Numbered from the stretch's first letter, positions 49,296-59,350 are shown. The stretch is DNA of 64,000 nt from Promethearchaeota archaeon (GCA_019894975.1 JAGXNO010000010.1:18704-82703); one strand, 5' to 3'. The notes: generated from the letters alone by a model not told the origin. Translations and numbers: made by a program.

Positions 49296-50327
49296 ATGTT
49301 TTTAGAAGAAAAATGTAAGAGGGATACATGTGGAATAGCTTGTTTAACAAAATGTTATTACATGGACTATTCAGAGCAAAAAGCAAAAGAAGAATTTGAA
49401 AAATTAATTAGAGGTGAACCGTCTACTGTAACATCGGAATGCGTAACGTGCTGTGCGTGCACAATGAATTGCCCATATGGCGCGGATCCCTTTGATCTTA
49501 TAAGTAGGAGAATGGAAGAAACAGGGACTTTTATTGGGGGTGAACGTGCGGCCAACCAAATGAAAGGGGCTAATCTTCTCCCATCATCAATAACAAAGGG
49601 GGACCCTGATAAACCTATAATGAATCTTTGTACAGTGAATATGATTGCAGGAGCGATTGAAGGGCAATTATTTGAAGGATTAACCCTTCTTCAAGGAGGA
49701 GATTATTTCTGTCAAATTGGCGGATATCATGCAGGTATCCCAAGTATGGTCAGAGATAACGCCCAAAAATTCATCAATAACCTTGCAAAGGTCGTTCCAG
49801 ATGATAATTACCTAATTTGCTTCCATGACGATTGCTTCATGATGCTGGACCATTATGCAAAAGATTTTGGGATGGAAGTTCCCTTTAAATATATCCATAT
49901 TATTGAATATCTTCGAGATTATGTGAAGAAAAATCTCGATAAAATAAAGAAACTAAACATCAAAATCGCATACCAGCAACCCTGTGCCTCCCGTATAGGA
50001 TGGGATGCTTTTAGGAAAAAAGATAAAGCACTCGATGAGTTATTTGAATTATTAGGTGTTGAACGAGTCGATAGAAAATATGACCGTGAAGGAGCACTCT
50101 GTTGTACTGCAGTTATTTCTCCTAATGATAAATATTGGAAAATGAACATTGCTGATGCTAAAAATGCAGGAGTAGAAGCAATGATTTTTCTCTGTCCAAT
50201 CTGTTGTTTATACTTAAGGAGCAAAGCTCAAGCAGAAGGTATGGAACCTTACTTTTTAAGCAATCTAGTAAGGGAAGCATTGGGTGAAAATCTCCCAAAA
50301 GGGAAAGCGGGAAAAATATTTGAGTAA
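49296..50327 (+). CDS. (Fe-S)-binding protein with CCG-like domain
   Basis: C..C...CL.KC, CVTCCAC..CP, FC, HDDC, YQQPC..R, CC, CPIC. Confidence 0.85.
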   Translation: MFLEEKCKRDTCGIACLTKCYYMDYSEQKAKEEFEKLIRGEPSTVTSECVTCCACTMNCPYGADPFDLISRRMEETGTFIGGERAANQMKGANLLPSSITKGDPDKPIMNLCTVNMIAGAIEGQLFEGLTLLQGGDYFCQIGGYHAGIPSMVRDNAQKFINNLAKVVPDDNYLICFHDDCFMMLDHYAKDFGMEVPFKYIHIIEYLRDYVKKNLDKIKKLNIKIAYQQPCASRIGWDAFRKKDKALDELFELLGVERVDRKYDREGALCCTAVISPNDKYWKMNIADAKNAGVEAMIFLCPICCLYLRSKAQAEGMEPYFLSNLVREALGENLPKGKAGKIFE

Positions 50328-50362
50328 AATAAGATAAAAATAAAATATTATTTTTTAATTTT

Positions 50363-51373
50363 TCAATTAATTCTTTCTCCTAAAGCCATTCTTGCTAAAT
50401 CAGTTAATAAATATGGTTTTAATCCTTTTTGTTCCACTTTAGAGCCTAGAGTTTCCTTACACATTGGGCATACAAATGCACAAACTTCAGCTCCATATTC
50501 AATCATATCGTTAACATTTTTTTCTTGAGTAGGCTTTACCAATTCTCTTTTACCTAGCATCGCAAAGGGAGCCGCACAACATATTGCATTTTCCCTGTCA
50601 TATGTTCGTTTAACTCGTTCGACACCTATTAAGTCACAAATGTTATCAACATATTTTTCAATTTCAGGTAAAAATCGATTGGAACAGCTTCGCTGGTACG
50701 CAATTTTCATATTAAGTTTTTTTATCTCTGATTTATGATCATTTAGATATTCATACACATACTCAAAAATATGAATTGGTTTGAAAGGCACATCTATATT
50801 ATTTCTTTGGCAATACGATGTCCACATGCCATAACATTCATCATGCCAACAGATAAGTTCCTTGATTCCATGCTTTTGGATACTTTCCATTATTATAGGA
50901 ATTCTTTCTTTGATTAATGAGTCCCGCGCCATATGGTGAAACATTAAATTACAGAAAAAATCAGTTCCGCTTATATATTGCAGATCCTCAAACATTTGAC
51001 CTTTCATATTCTCAGGATTAATCTTTGAAAATGTACATCTATTAAAGACTGGTTTATTAGAGTCAATTTCCTTAATTCTTACTTCATCATGGGGAGCAAA
51101 TTGTTTAATTGCTCCTTGGAGCATAGCAGGATTAATATTAAAAGTATTATATTTTTCTTGTAATTCAGTTTTTAAATCAAATGGATGTGAATCATATGGA
51201 CAATATTCATCACAGGCGAAACAGGTAACGCAATCTTTTAAAATGAAAGAATCTTCACCCTTAATCATTTTGTCCATTTCTTGTTTTGCTGTTTCTCTAT
51301 CTACTTCCATCCATTGACATCGAGTTAAACAATCAATATTTTCACATTTAGAACAATTAGATTTATCAAACAT
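50363..51373 (-). CDS. (Fe-S)-binding protein with CCG-like domain, paralog of 49296-50327
   Basis: CSKC..CLTRC, CVTCFAC..CP, FC, HDEC, YQRSC..R, CC, CPMC. Confidence 0.85.
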   Translation of the reverse strand: MFDKSNCSKCENIDCLTRCQWMEVDRETAKQEMDKMIKGEDSFILKDCVTCFACDEYCPYDSHPFDLKTELQEKYNTFNINPAMLQGAIKQFAPHDEVRIKEIDSNKPVFNRCTFSKINPENMKGQMFEDLQYISGTDFFCNLMFHHMARDSLIKERIPIIMESIQKHGIKELICWHDECYGMWTSYCQRNNIDVPFKPIHIFEYVYEYLNDHKSEIKKLNMKIAYQRSCSNRFLPEIEKYVDNICDLIGVERVKRTYDRENAICCAAPFAMLGKRELVKPTQEKNVNDMIEYGAEVCAFVCPMCKETLGSKVEQKGLKPYLLTDLARMALGERIN

Positions 51374-51524
51374 AATTTTTTCAATTTTATGATTTTAGTA
51401 GTTTAAGTGTCAAATATTAAGAAGATATTTTTAATTTTGTGAAAATATAGTTAATAAACCAATATTTTTAGATTCCTTTTTTCATTTCTAGATGTAAACA
51501 CTTCTTAATTAAACTATCAGGTAG

Positions 51525-51983
51525 ATTCAAGTTTCTGAACTAGACCAAATCCATGAGGTTCATAGGAATTTATTTATTGGAGCTTACTGGCCCAGATTAA
51601 ATTTTACAATGTTTAAAGACATTGGAATAACCGCTATCGTAAATTTGATGGAGGAAAATCTATACAATCCTACTAATCTAGGTTTTCATTATCTACATAG
51701 GGGTTTTCCTGATGATACCTATCCTCCTCACGAATATATTGAAGTAATTTTAAATTTTATTGATCTCCATCTAAAAGAAAATGGGAAAGTTTTGGTTCAT
51801 TGTGCAATGGGGATTTCAAGGAGTGGAGGAATAACTATAGCCTGGTTATTAAAGGAGAATTCAGATTGGAGTTGGCAGGATGCTCTTTCCTATGTAAAGA
51901 AATCTAAATTTATCGGTCCTGCTGTAGAAATAAAAAATTCTGTTCTTGATTACTTTGAGAAAATTGAAAACAAGAAGAGATAA
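51525..51983 (+). CDS. Dual-specificity protein phosphatase (non-canonical start ATT 51525 or GTT 51531)
   Basis: VHCAMGISRS (HCX5R); N-terminal strand IHEVHRNLFIGA lies upstream of the first ATG; in-frame TAG at 51522. Confidence 0.88.
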   Translation: MQVSELDQIHEVHRNLFIGAYWPRLNFTMFKDIGITAIVNLMEENLYNPTNLGFHYLHRGFPDDTYPPHEYIEVILNFIDLHLKENGKVLVHCAMGISRSGGITIAWLLKENSDWSWQDALSYVKKSKFIGPAVEIKNSVLDYFEKIENKKR

Positions 51984-52122
51984 CACTAATATAAGTACCT
52001 TGTGAGTAAAACTCTTTTAATTAGTGAGTTTGATTGTTTATCATTTACTTAAATATATAAAACAAGACTAAGATTAGTTAATAAAAAATCAGTATTATTA
52101 AAAAATTAGAGGAGATCTATTT

Positions 52123-52482
52123 TTGTCTGAATTTGAACAGAAAGTATTAAAATCACTTGAAGAAATAAATAGTAAACTTGATTCCTTATTAAAAAGTGGA
52201 GCCTCAGCATCCACACCGACTCCAACAGCTGCCCCCCCAGCACAAGCTCCTGCTACAGCTCCTGAAATAAGTCGCCCAAAACCTTCTGAACTTGTAGAAA
52301 AGCAAAAGGAGGAAGAAAGAATGGAAGAAAAACCTCCTGTTGAAGGCAGGAGAATATGCCCCGAATGCTCCGGAACCACTTTCGCTACACACGAAGATAA
52401 GCAACAGGTGCTTCACCAAATGGGTGGCGTAAAGATCTATGCTAAAAAATATGTATGTAAGAGCTGTGGGTACGAATACTAA
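52123..52482 (+). CDS. Small protein: coiled coil, Pro/Ala/Thr linker, C-terminal Zn ribbon
   Basis: SD GAGGAGA + TTG; EGRRICPEC..EDK..IYAKKYVCKSCG. Confidence 0.85.
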   Translation: MSEFEQKVLKSLEEINSKLDSLLKSGASASTPTPTAAPPAQAPATAPEISRPKPSELVEKQKEEERMEEKPPVEGRRICPECSGTTFATHEDKQQVLHQMGGVKIYAKKYVCKSCGYEY

Positions 52483-52670
52483 GCTATCGCTGCCAGTATC
52501 TTTCAATTCATCAAACCGAAATAAAAAATCCATTTCAATAATTTTTTATTCCCTTTTTATTAATATGTAGACGATTTTATCTGTATATACATTTTCAGTT
52601 AGGTTTTTATCTTGAATATTCTTAACATTTTTAATAAAAACTTAGAAAAGACGTAATGGTGTACTTTTAG

Positions 52671-53756
52671 ATTCCTCAATGGCGAGTAAAAAAAGGGATT
52701 CAGTATGTAAAGAACTTTTTTCTAAATAACTTTACAAGCATAAAAGTTCCCTATTCTGCCCAGATAGAATTAACACTACGTTGCAATGGAACGTGCTCAT
52801 TTTGTTCTATACATTCTTTACCAAAATCTATTAAAGGAGAAGATATGAGCACTAAACAAATAAAACAATTAATAGATCAAATTGCTGATTTAGGAGTGTT
52901 AGCCTTGTCCTTTACAGGAGGTGAACCTACTCTTAGAAGAGATCTTCCGGAATTAATATATCATACAGGAGTAGTTCATGGTTTTATGAATGGAATTGCT
53001 ACTAATGGTTATTTATTGCCAAAACTGTTTAAAGAACATAAATTAGAGGGCTTGGATTATATCTTAATATCTTTAGATTATCCTAACGCAGAATTACATA
53101 ATAAAATGAGGGGTTTCAATGTTTTTGACAAAGTAATTGAGTCCATTAAATTAGCTAATAGAAATGAAATAAAACCAATAATAAGTACTGTTGTAATGAA
53201 CGATAATTTACCATTTTTAGAAGATATGTGTGAATTAGCAGAAAATTTAAATTGTTCTATAGAAATGTATCCTTGTGAAGATATTATAAGGAATTACTCT
53301 GAAAACAGTTACCATATTGATAAAATTAATGATTTAATCCCAGATATCTCCAGCTGGGCCAACATAATGAGGTCATTAAGAAGAAATTATAAAAATATTC
53401 TGACTGATCCGGTTTCAATTGAAGTAGTCGAGAAGGGAGGATTTGGGGGATATCCTTCATATCATCAAAAAACCCTACGATGTCATGTCGCGGAAGCTTA
53501 TATATTCATAAGTCATGACGGATTTGTTCATTATCCCTGTAAAATTCACCCTTTAATTAGTTTTGATGCACTTAAATATTCCTTACATAATATCTACTAT
53601 TCAGAAGAAGTTAGGGAAATCATGAAACAGCATGATAATTATGATTTCTGTGATAATTGTCGTTTAGGGTGTGCTATAGCATCGTCAATTCCAACTCGAT
53701 GGAAGACCCTTTATTCTAAATATGTAAAGGGGTTTCTAGATGGAAATTTAAGATGA
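52671..53756 (+). CDS. Radical SAM protein with SPASM/twitch-like C-terminus (361 aa, apparent ATT start)
   Basis: ELTLRCNGTCSFC (CxxxCxxC) lies upstream of the ORF-track ATG; FTGGEP.LR.D, TNG, ISLD; C-terminal C..G..PC..C..C..C. Confidence 0.9.
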   Translation: MPQWRVKKGIQYVKNFFLNNFTSIKVPYSAQIELTLRCNGTCSFCSIHSLPKSIKGEDMSTKQIKQLIDQIADLGVLALSFTGGEPTLRRDLPELIYHTGVVHGFMNGIATNGYLLPKLFKEHKLEGLDYILISLDYPNAELHNKMRGFNVFDKVIESIKLANRNEIKPIISTVVMNDNLPFLEDMCELAENLNCSIEMYPCEDIIRNYSENSYHIDKINDLIPDISSWANIMRSLRRNYKNILTDPVSIEVVEKGGFGGYPSYHQKTLRCHVAEAYIFISHDGFVHYPCKIHPLISFDALKYSLHNIYYSEEVREIMKQHDNYDFCDNCRLGCAIASSIPTRWKTLYSKYVKGFLDGNLR

Positions 53757-53866
53757 ATAAAGACTAAATTATTTAGAGTTCCTTATTTTGTGGAAAACTC
53801 TAAGTTTAAAACTAATATAAAAAAATTTAATTTACATCATGTTTTTCTTAATATAGTGATAACTTT

Positions 53867-54472
53867 ATGTCAGATGCGTTTATAATTATTCAAATTATGC
53901 TCATAACCATTGTTATGGTATTTTTAGGTATGATCCTAAACAAGCTCTTAGGTTTATCTAAAGATAAAGTATCAGAATTTAAGGAGCAAGCTTTTAACCT
54001 TCAAGAACGTATGAAAAATGCTCAAGTGTTAGCTGATCCACAATTGATGTTACAGGTACAACGGGAAACAATGCAATTTACAAAAAGCATAATGATTAAG
54101 CAATTTGTCCCTTTATGTTTAAGGTGTTTCATATTTATAGGTATCTTTGCTGTTCTGGGTTTTATTTATGCGGATTATGATAGCGGTTTATTACCATTTC
54201 CTCTGTTGATTTTTGGTACGGGATGGGTTGCAATATATTTTATATTTTCAATATCTTTTTCATTAATCATCTTTGGTATGAAGAAGCTTTACAAGAGAAT
54301 CACTGGAAAGCAGGTTTCCTCACAAGGTCATTTAAGAGAAATTATGGAGTTAGTGTCCCCAACTCAACAATCTTCTGGAATTTCATTCCAAGTTGCAAAT
54401 CCTGTACCGTTTAATACAGACGAGGACTCTTCCGAAAAATCAGATTCTTGGAAGGATCGAATTCAGAAATAG
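53867..54472 (+). CDS. EMC3/TMCO1 (DUF106, Oxa1 superfamily) membrane insertase-like protein
   Basis: TM1, cytosolic Met/Gln-rich coiled coil, TM2 (KQFVP), LPFP..GWVAIY.IFS. Confidence 0.8.
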   Translation: MSDAFIIIQIMLITIVMVFLGMILNKLLGLSKDKVSEFKEQAFNLQERMKNAQVLADPQLMLQVQRETMQFTKSIMIKQFVPLCLRCFIFIGIFAVLGFIYADYDSGLLPFPLLIFGTGWVAIYFIFSISFSLIIFGMKKLYKRITGKQVSSQGHLREIMELVSPTQQSSGISFQVANPVPFNTDEDSSEKSDSWKDRIQK

Positions 54473-54554
54473 CTATTTTGATCCTCTAAATGAAATCTGA
54501 TGAATCTCTGTTTTATATGAGAAAAATTAGCATGAACTCACTAGGTGTTTAAAA

Positions 54555-55040
54555 TTGACAGAAGAGAATAATACTAAAAGGCAGATGACACTGTATTTTA
54601 CCTTTGCTGCTTTGATGATTGGGCTTAATTATTTAATTCAGAAATTGAATCAATTAGTAATTGCTCCTTCCATATGTGACATTGTTGGAGGTAATAGTTT
54701 TTTTGACCTAGTGTATTGTTCTACTGATCCTTTTAATATGCCAGAATTGGCCGGATCCATTATTGCCGTGGGTATTACGTATATCATTAAATTTTTCCTA
54801 GATAAATATATCGTTTTCAAAGGTGGAGGAACAGAATTGAGAGAAACTTCACTAGAATTTATCAAATATTTTGGTTTTGCAATTCTTACAACCCTTGAAA
54901 ACATCGGTATTCAATTTCTACTGACAAATTTTCTTAATTCTCCCTTAGAAGTAAGCTTTATTATTGCTTTATCTATCGGATACATAACTAAATTTTTCCT
55001 AGATAAGCGATATGTGTTTTTAAAAAAAATTGAAGAATAA
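54555..55040 (+). CDS. GtrA-like membrane protein
   Basis: Four TM, duplicated G..(I/T)KFFLDK.(I/Y)VF motif. Confidence 0.8.
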   Translation: MTEENNTKRQMTLYFTFAALMIGLNYLIQKLNQLVIAPSICDIVGGNSFFDLVYCSTDPFNMPELAGSIIAVGITYIIKFFLDKYIVFKGGGTELRETSLEFIKYFGFAILTTLENIGIQFLLTNFLNSPLEVSFIIALSIGYITKFFLDKRYVFLKKIEE

Positions 55041-55075
55041 AAAAATTTAATAGACCGAAATGCGTTTTAATTCAT

Positions 55076-56176
55076 ATGCCAGATGAGCAAGAAGAACGAG
55101 AAGAAGAAGATAAATCGATAATTTCAGCCCTTGGACAACTTGGTTGGGTGGAAGAATCTGAGGAAGAAGATGTTCCAGAAGTCGGTGATGATCTTACAGA
55201 ACAGATTAACTTTTTTAAAGAAGAAAACAAGAGATTGATGGGAGAAATTAATGAGAAGAATGATACTATTAATGAAAAGATAGAAACTATCAATAACCTT
55301 GAATCTCACATCCAAAAAATGTCAAAGCAATCAGAAGACGAATCAGATCAAGATCAAACAATACAAAAGCTTTATGAAACAATAGAAAGTAAAAATGATG
55401 AGATTGAGAGATTAAATACTCTTTCTGAGAATGAATCAGGTAAATCAAAGAAGATAATTCAGGATCAGATTCAAAAAATACAAGAATTAACAGCACAAAT
55501 TGAGGAATTCCAATCTGGTCAGACTGATGTGATTAGTAAAAAAGATGTTCAAATCAAAGAGTTAGAAGAACAACTTCAGTATCTCGAAGGGGATACAATT
55601 CAAAAATCAAAGTTCCAAAAAGTTGAGGTTCTGTTAGAGAAAAAAGATGAAATTATAACAGAAAAAGAAAAAACTATTTTCACCTTAGAAAATTCATTAA
55701 AGACCGCAAATCAGAAGATGCAAGAAATCAATCAACAATATGAGACGTTTAATTTAGTGAAAAAAGATCTAGAGAAGAAATCAGCTCGTAATAAAGAATT
55801 AATAGTTGAGATTGAAGAATTAAAGCAAAAAAATATTACAAATTTGGAATTTGTAAATCGTCTTGAAGAAAAATTAGAAGATGCCCATAGAACTTCAGGA
55901 AATATTACTGGAAAATTCGAAGTCGAATTAAGTAGTCTAAGAAATATCTTGGATGGAAAAAATGATGAAATTATCTCTCTAAAAGAAAATTTTAAAAAAG
56001 TAAATGCAGAATTACAGGAATTAAAAACAATTGAAGAGAAAATATTAGGCGATATTCAGGATTTGAAAGACGAGAAACTTAAACTAGAATCTGATATTGA
56101 AAGTAAAGATAGTGAAATTATAGATCTAAAGAAGAGAATCAAGTTAATGCGTAGAGATATGCAAAAAACGAATTAA
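55076..56176 (+). CDS. Long coiled-coil protein
   Basis: E/K/Q-rich heptads along most of 366 aa, repeated (E/S)K(N/D)DEI. Confidence 0.8.
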   Translation: MPDEQEEREEEDKSIISALGQLGWVEESEEEDVPEVGDDLTEQINFFKEENKRLMGEINEKNDTINEKIETINNLESHIQKMSKQSEDESDQDQTIQKLYETIESKNDEIERLNTLSENESGKSKKIIQDQIQKIQELTAQIEEFQSGQTDVISKKDVQIKELEEQLQYLEGDTIQKSKFQKVEVLLEKKDEIITEKEKTIFTLENSLKTANQKMQEINQQYETFNLVKKDLEKKSARNKELIVEIEELKQKNITNLEFVNRLEEKLEDAHRTSGNITGKFEVELSSLRNILDGKNDEIISLKENFKKVNAELQELKTIEEKILGDIQDLKDEKLKLESDIESKDSEIIDLKKRIKLMRRDMQKTN

Positions 56177-56248
56177 TAAATCTCTTAATCCAAATCTCTA
56201 AATAAAATAAATAAAAAAGATAAAAAATAAAATAGAAAGATTATAACC

Positions 56249-57256
56249 TTACTTTTCTCTCCAGATTACACCACATTGCCCACAACTATACTTCTTCCCA
56301 TAAACTCGGGGATAATCTAGAATAATATTAGATTTATCGGTACTCTCATGAATCATATGAGGATCATCAATTCCACATTCGGGACATTTTCTGCGACCTT
56401 CCAATTTTTCTACTGTTAGAATAGATGTATCGGTCTTACCAGGAATCCCTGGAGCAGCTGCAGAGGATCTCATTTCTGATATATCGGCTTTTACTTCTTC
56501 TGGAGTCACATCTCTGACTTCTGATTTAAATTCTGGTTGGATTGTCGCGGCAACTCTGTCATCTTCATCTTCACCTTCTAACACAGATTCAGCTTTTAAT
56601 TGCACAGCATCAGATTCTTTATAGTCTTCACCTTTATCTATAGCAGCTTTAAACTCTGCATCATCTCCTTCTTCAAAAATAGTTTCTTGCTGCAATCCAG
56701 CTCTATCAGCGTCTATAGAACGTGCCCATTGACCAGCTCTGACTTTTTCTGTAACGGTGCATGCATTCCCTTGCCAAATATATACTTTAGTACCTAAATC
56801 AGCAACGAAACAATCTTCTGATTCGAGTGAGTTTTTAGAAAAGGGAACTTGAATCATTTTCATAGCATTTATATCTTCGAATTCCTCGGCAGAAACCCGA
56901 TAAAGAATATTCTTCCACTCATTGAATTGCGCAAAATCGCCTGTAGTTACATCTTTAAGTAGTGTTTTAGCATAATTTTTTTCTACCATTTTCATGGCTC
57001 CCATCGGAGCGATTAATCCAAGAAATTCTTTTGTTTCAAAACCTTGATCTACTGTAATTATTTTTGCAGCTCCACCACGTTGTTGGTCTAATGTTCTAGC
57101 TTGAGCAGCGCCAGAAGTTTTTTCATCTACCGAACATTTATTTCCAATCCAAATGAATATAGTCTTTTCAGCATCGACCAGATAAACATCCCCGCTACTA
57201 AATACGTTCTTATTGATTTCTTTTAATTCACCTTTATCGACAAGAAATAGTTTCAT
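56249..57256 (-). CDS. Two-domain gelsolin with acidic linker and C-terminal Zn ribbon
   Basis: GDVYLVD..IFIWIG..S.DEK..A; SLESEDCFVADLG.KVYIWQG..EK..EG...EF; tail EGRRKCPEC..YGKKYSCGQCG. Confidence 0.9.
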   Translation of the reverse strand: MKLFLVDKGELKEINKNVFSSGDVYLVDAEKTIFIWIGNKCSVDEKTSGAAQARTLDQQRGGAAKIITVDQGFETKEFLGLIAPMGAMKMVEKNYAKTLLKDVTTGDFAQFNEWKNILYRVSAEEFEDINAMKMIQVPFSKNSLESEDCFVADLGTKVYIWQGNACTVTEKVRAGQWARSIDADRAGLQQETIFEEGDDAEFKAAIDKGEDYKESDAVQLKAESVLEGEDEDDRVAATIQPEFKSEVRDVTPEEVKADISEMRSSAAAPGIPGKTDTSILTVEKLEGRRKCPECGIDDPHMIHESTDKSNIILDYPRVYGKKYSCGQCGVIWREK

Positions 57257-57355
57257 ATAAAATTCTCACTTTTAATTTTAATAAAATTTTTACTTTAAAT
57301 CTATTATAAAACTAGGTGTATAAAAATTTGTGTTAAAAAAAAACCTCTTCCTAAA

Positions 57356-58735
57356 TTAAAAATCATTTAGAGCGAGATTTATTCTTTTCACCACTTCTGG
57401 GATATTGCTAAGATCGATTGAACAATACGCAATTCGAATTCCGTTTATACCCTCATCTGGTTTTTCGATGGGAATTACACCTACTTTATATTTCTGCAGT
57501 AAATGATCCCCAAATTCAGTTGCTTTAATTTTTTTTGGGTTCAAATTTAGAAATAAGAAAAATCCCCCAGAATTTGGGTCAATAGAAATATCTTTATCGT
57601 CGATTTTCATTAGTTCTGAATTAATTTTCTCATATCTTTTCTTGAGTAAGTTAAAAACCTTTTCTCTAGAGGAGAGAAATTTCTCTATCCCTTTTTCTTT
57701 AAACATTTTTTGAGTAATAGTTTGATAAAAGTGATTACAGCTAGAAATTGTCGCTCGATTGAGCCCTTCTGATTTATTATTTATTTCAGATTTAAGATCC
57801 TCTAATTCTTCATCATTTTTTGTCCAACTTGGTTTTAAACCAAAAGTAAGAAAACCAATTCTCGCACCATACATTAGAAGTTCTTTAGTGACACCATCTA
57901 GTTTTATAGGTATAACATCTTCCTCTAATTGATGCAGATCATAGAATATAGATCTAGTTGATGAATCATTCGTGTACACATATGGTTCGTAAGCATCATC
58001 TACTATCACAAATATAGGCTTCTTTAGACTTCGTTGCCTTTCCTGTAGAAGGGATACAATTTCATTACTCTCCTTTTTAGTAGGTACATATCCAGTTGGA
58101 TTATTTGGGAAATTTAATATGATAACAATTTTTTCTTGGGATTTAGCAACATCTTTTATAGCATCATCTAGACTATTAAGATTAAAATTCTGACCACTAA
58201 AAAACTCAAAAGATTTAATCCTCGCACCAATATTTTTCTCGATTATATTATCGTAATTGCCCCATCTCTTATTTGGAGCAATAATAAATTCTCCAGAATC
58301 CAAAAGTAAAGCGCAACTATGATAAATTCCATTAGTAACACCAGCAGTAACTATAGGTTTTGTTATATATCTTTCTAATCTTAGCAATAGATCTTTTTCC
58401 CGATTTTTATCGTATTTCGCCTTTCTTACAATCCAATCCTTCCATATTTCTCTGATTTCATTTAAACCACCTATGGAGGCATAAGGTACAATTTGTTTAA
58501 CGTTTACGCTAAAAAATTCTGAGAGCTCATCTAGGTAACATGGTAACCATTCTGAACTTCCTCCATCAATAAAATCTTTTTCAAATCCAAACGCTGATCC
58601 TATTGTCCCGATTATTTCCGCTTCTTTCTTTGCTCTTCCAGACCAATAAAAAATTCCCTGAGGTAAAAATAGTCTTCTGCCTAATTCTGAATAGGCATTA
58701 TAGAGTGGTGTTTTCTTAAGAATATTAAATTCCAT
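57356..58735 (-). CDS. Class I/II PLP-dependent aminotransferase
   Basis: WGNY, NFPNNPTGY, DDAY, KLDGVTKE..YGARIGF, IRIAY. Confidence 0.9.
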   Translation of the reverse strand: MEFNILKKTPLYNAYSELGRRLFLPQGIFYWSGRAKKEAEIIGTIGSAFGFEKDFIDGGSSEWLPCYLDELSEFFSVNVKQIVPYASIGGLNEIREIWKDWIVRKAKYDKNREKDLLLRLERYITKPIVTAGVTNGIYHSCALLLDSGEFIIAPNKRWGNYDNIIEKNIGARIKSFEFFSGQNFNLNSLDDAIKDVAKSQEKIVIILNFPNNPTGYVPTKKESNEIVSLLQERQRSLKKPIFVIVDDAYEPYVYTNDSSTRSIFYDLHQLEEDVIPIKLDGVTKELLMYGARIGFLTFGLKPSWTKNDEELEDLKSEINNKSEGLNRATISSCNHFYQTITQKMFKEKGIEKFLSSREKVFNLLKKRYEKINSELMKIDDKDISIDPNSGGFFLFLNLNPKKIKATEFGDHLLQKYKVGVIPIEKPDEGINGIRIAYCSIDLSNIPEVVKRINLALNDF

Positions 58736-58849
58736 TATTTTTTCTTCCTATTTTAAATATTTTTTCTAATCTTTAACTATAAATAAATAATGTATATTAA
58801 TGAAATTTATTTACTGAATTTAAATAAAAATAAGTATTAAAGAATAAAT

Positions 58850-59320
58850 ATGAATGAAGAAAATAACCTAAAAGAATCCGATCCTAAAGAAACAGGTGAA
58901 AAACCTTTTAGGAAGGGATGGAATAACCTAATAGACGGTTTCAAAGGTGGATTTGAAAAATTTCAACTATCATTAGAGGAACAATCCAAGAAAAACAAAG
59001 AAGTATGGGAAGAAAATAAAGACAAAGTGAACAAATTTTTCACAGATGTTAAACAAGATTTGGAAAAAAAAGTAAGTGACTGGAATGCGGATATGGAGAA
59101 AAAGAAAATAGAATCAAAGGAACAATGGGATGCTTATACAAGTAAAGTCAGTCAAGATTTTAAAAATTGGCAGGAGAAAACAAAAGACGATTGGAATTCC
59201 GGTTTGAATTCGTTTAAAAAGGGATTTTTTAAAGTGTATTTTTGGTTCCTATTGTTGACAATTCCGCTCCTTATTATTGTTGTCATAGTATTGGCAGTTG
59301 TAAGTAGATTGTTAGGATAA
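58850..59320 (+). CDS. Tail-anchored protein with amphipathic Trp/Phe-periodic helices
   Basis: Recurrent W/F in K/E/D-rich helices, single C-terminal TM. Confidence 0.7.
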   Translation: MNEENNLKESDPKETGEKPFRKGWNNLIDGFKGGFEKFQLSLEEQSKKNKEVWEENKDKVNKFFTDVKQDLEKKVSDWNADMEKKKIESKEQWDAYTSKVSQDFKNWQEKTKDDWNSGLNSFKKGFFKVYFWFLLLTIPLLIIVVIVLAVVSRLLG

Positions 59321-59350
59321 TTTTGAAATTCTATTCATTTCAGGAAAACT

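Noticed and set aside
55076-56176. SMC/Rad50 or intermediate-filament assignment
   Set aside because: No Walker motifs, hinge or IF consensus; only a generic coiled coil
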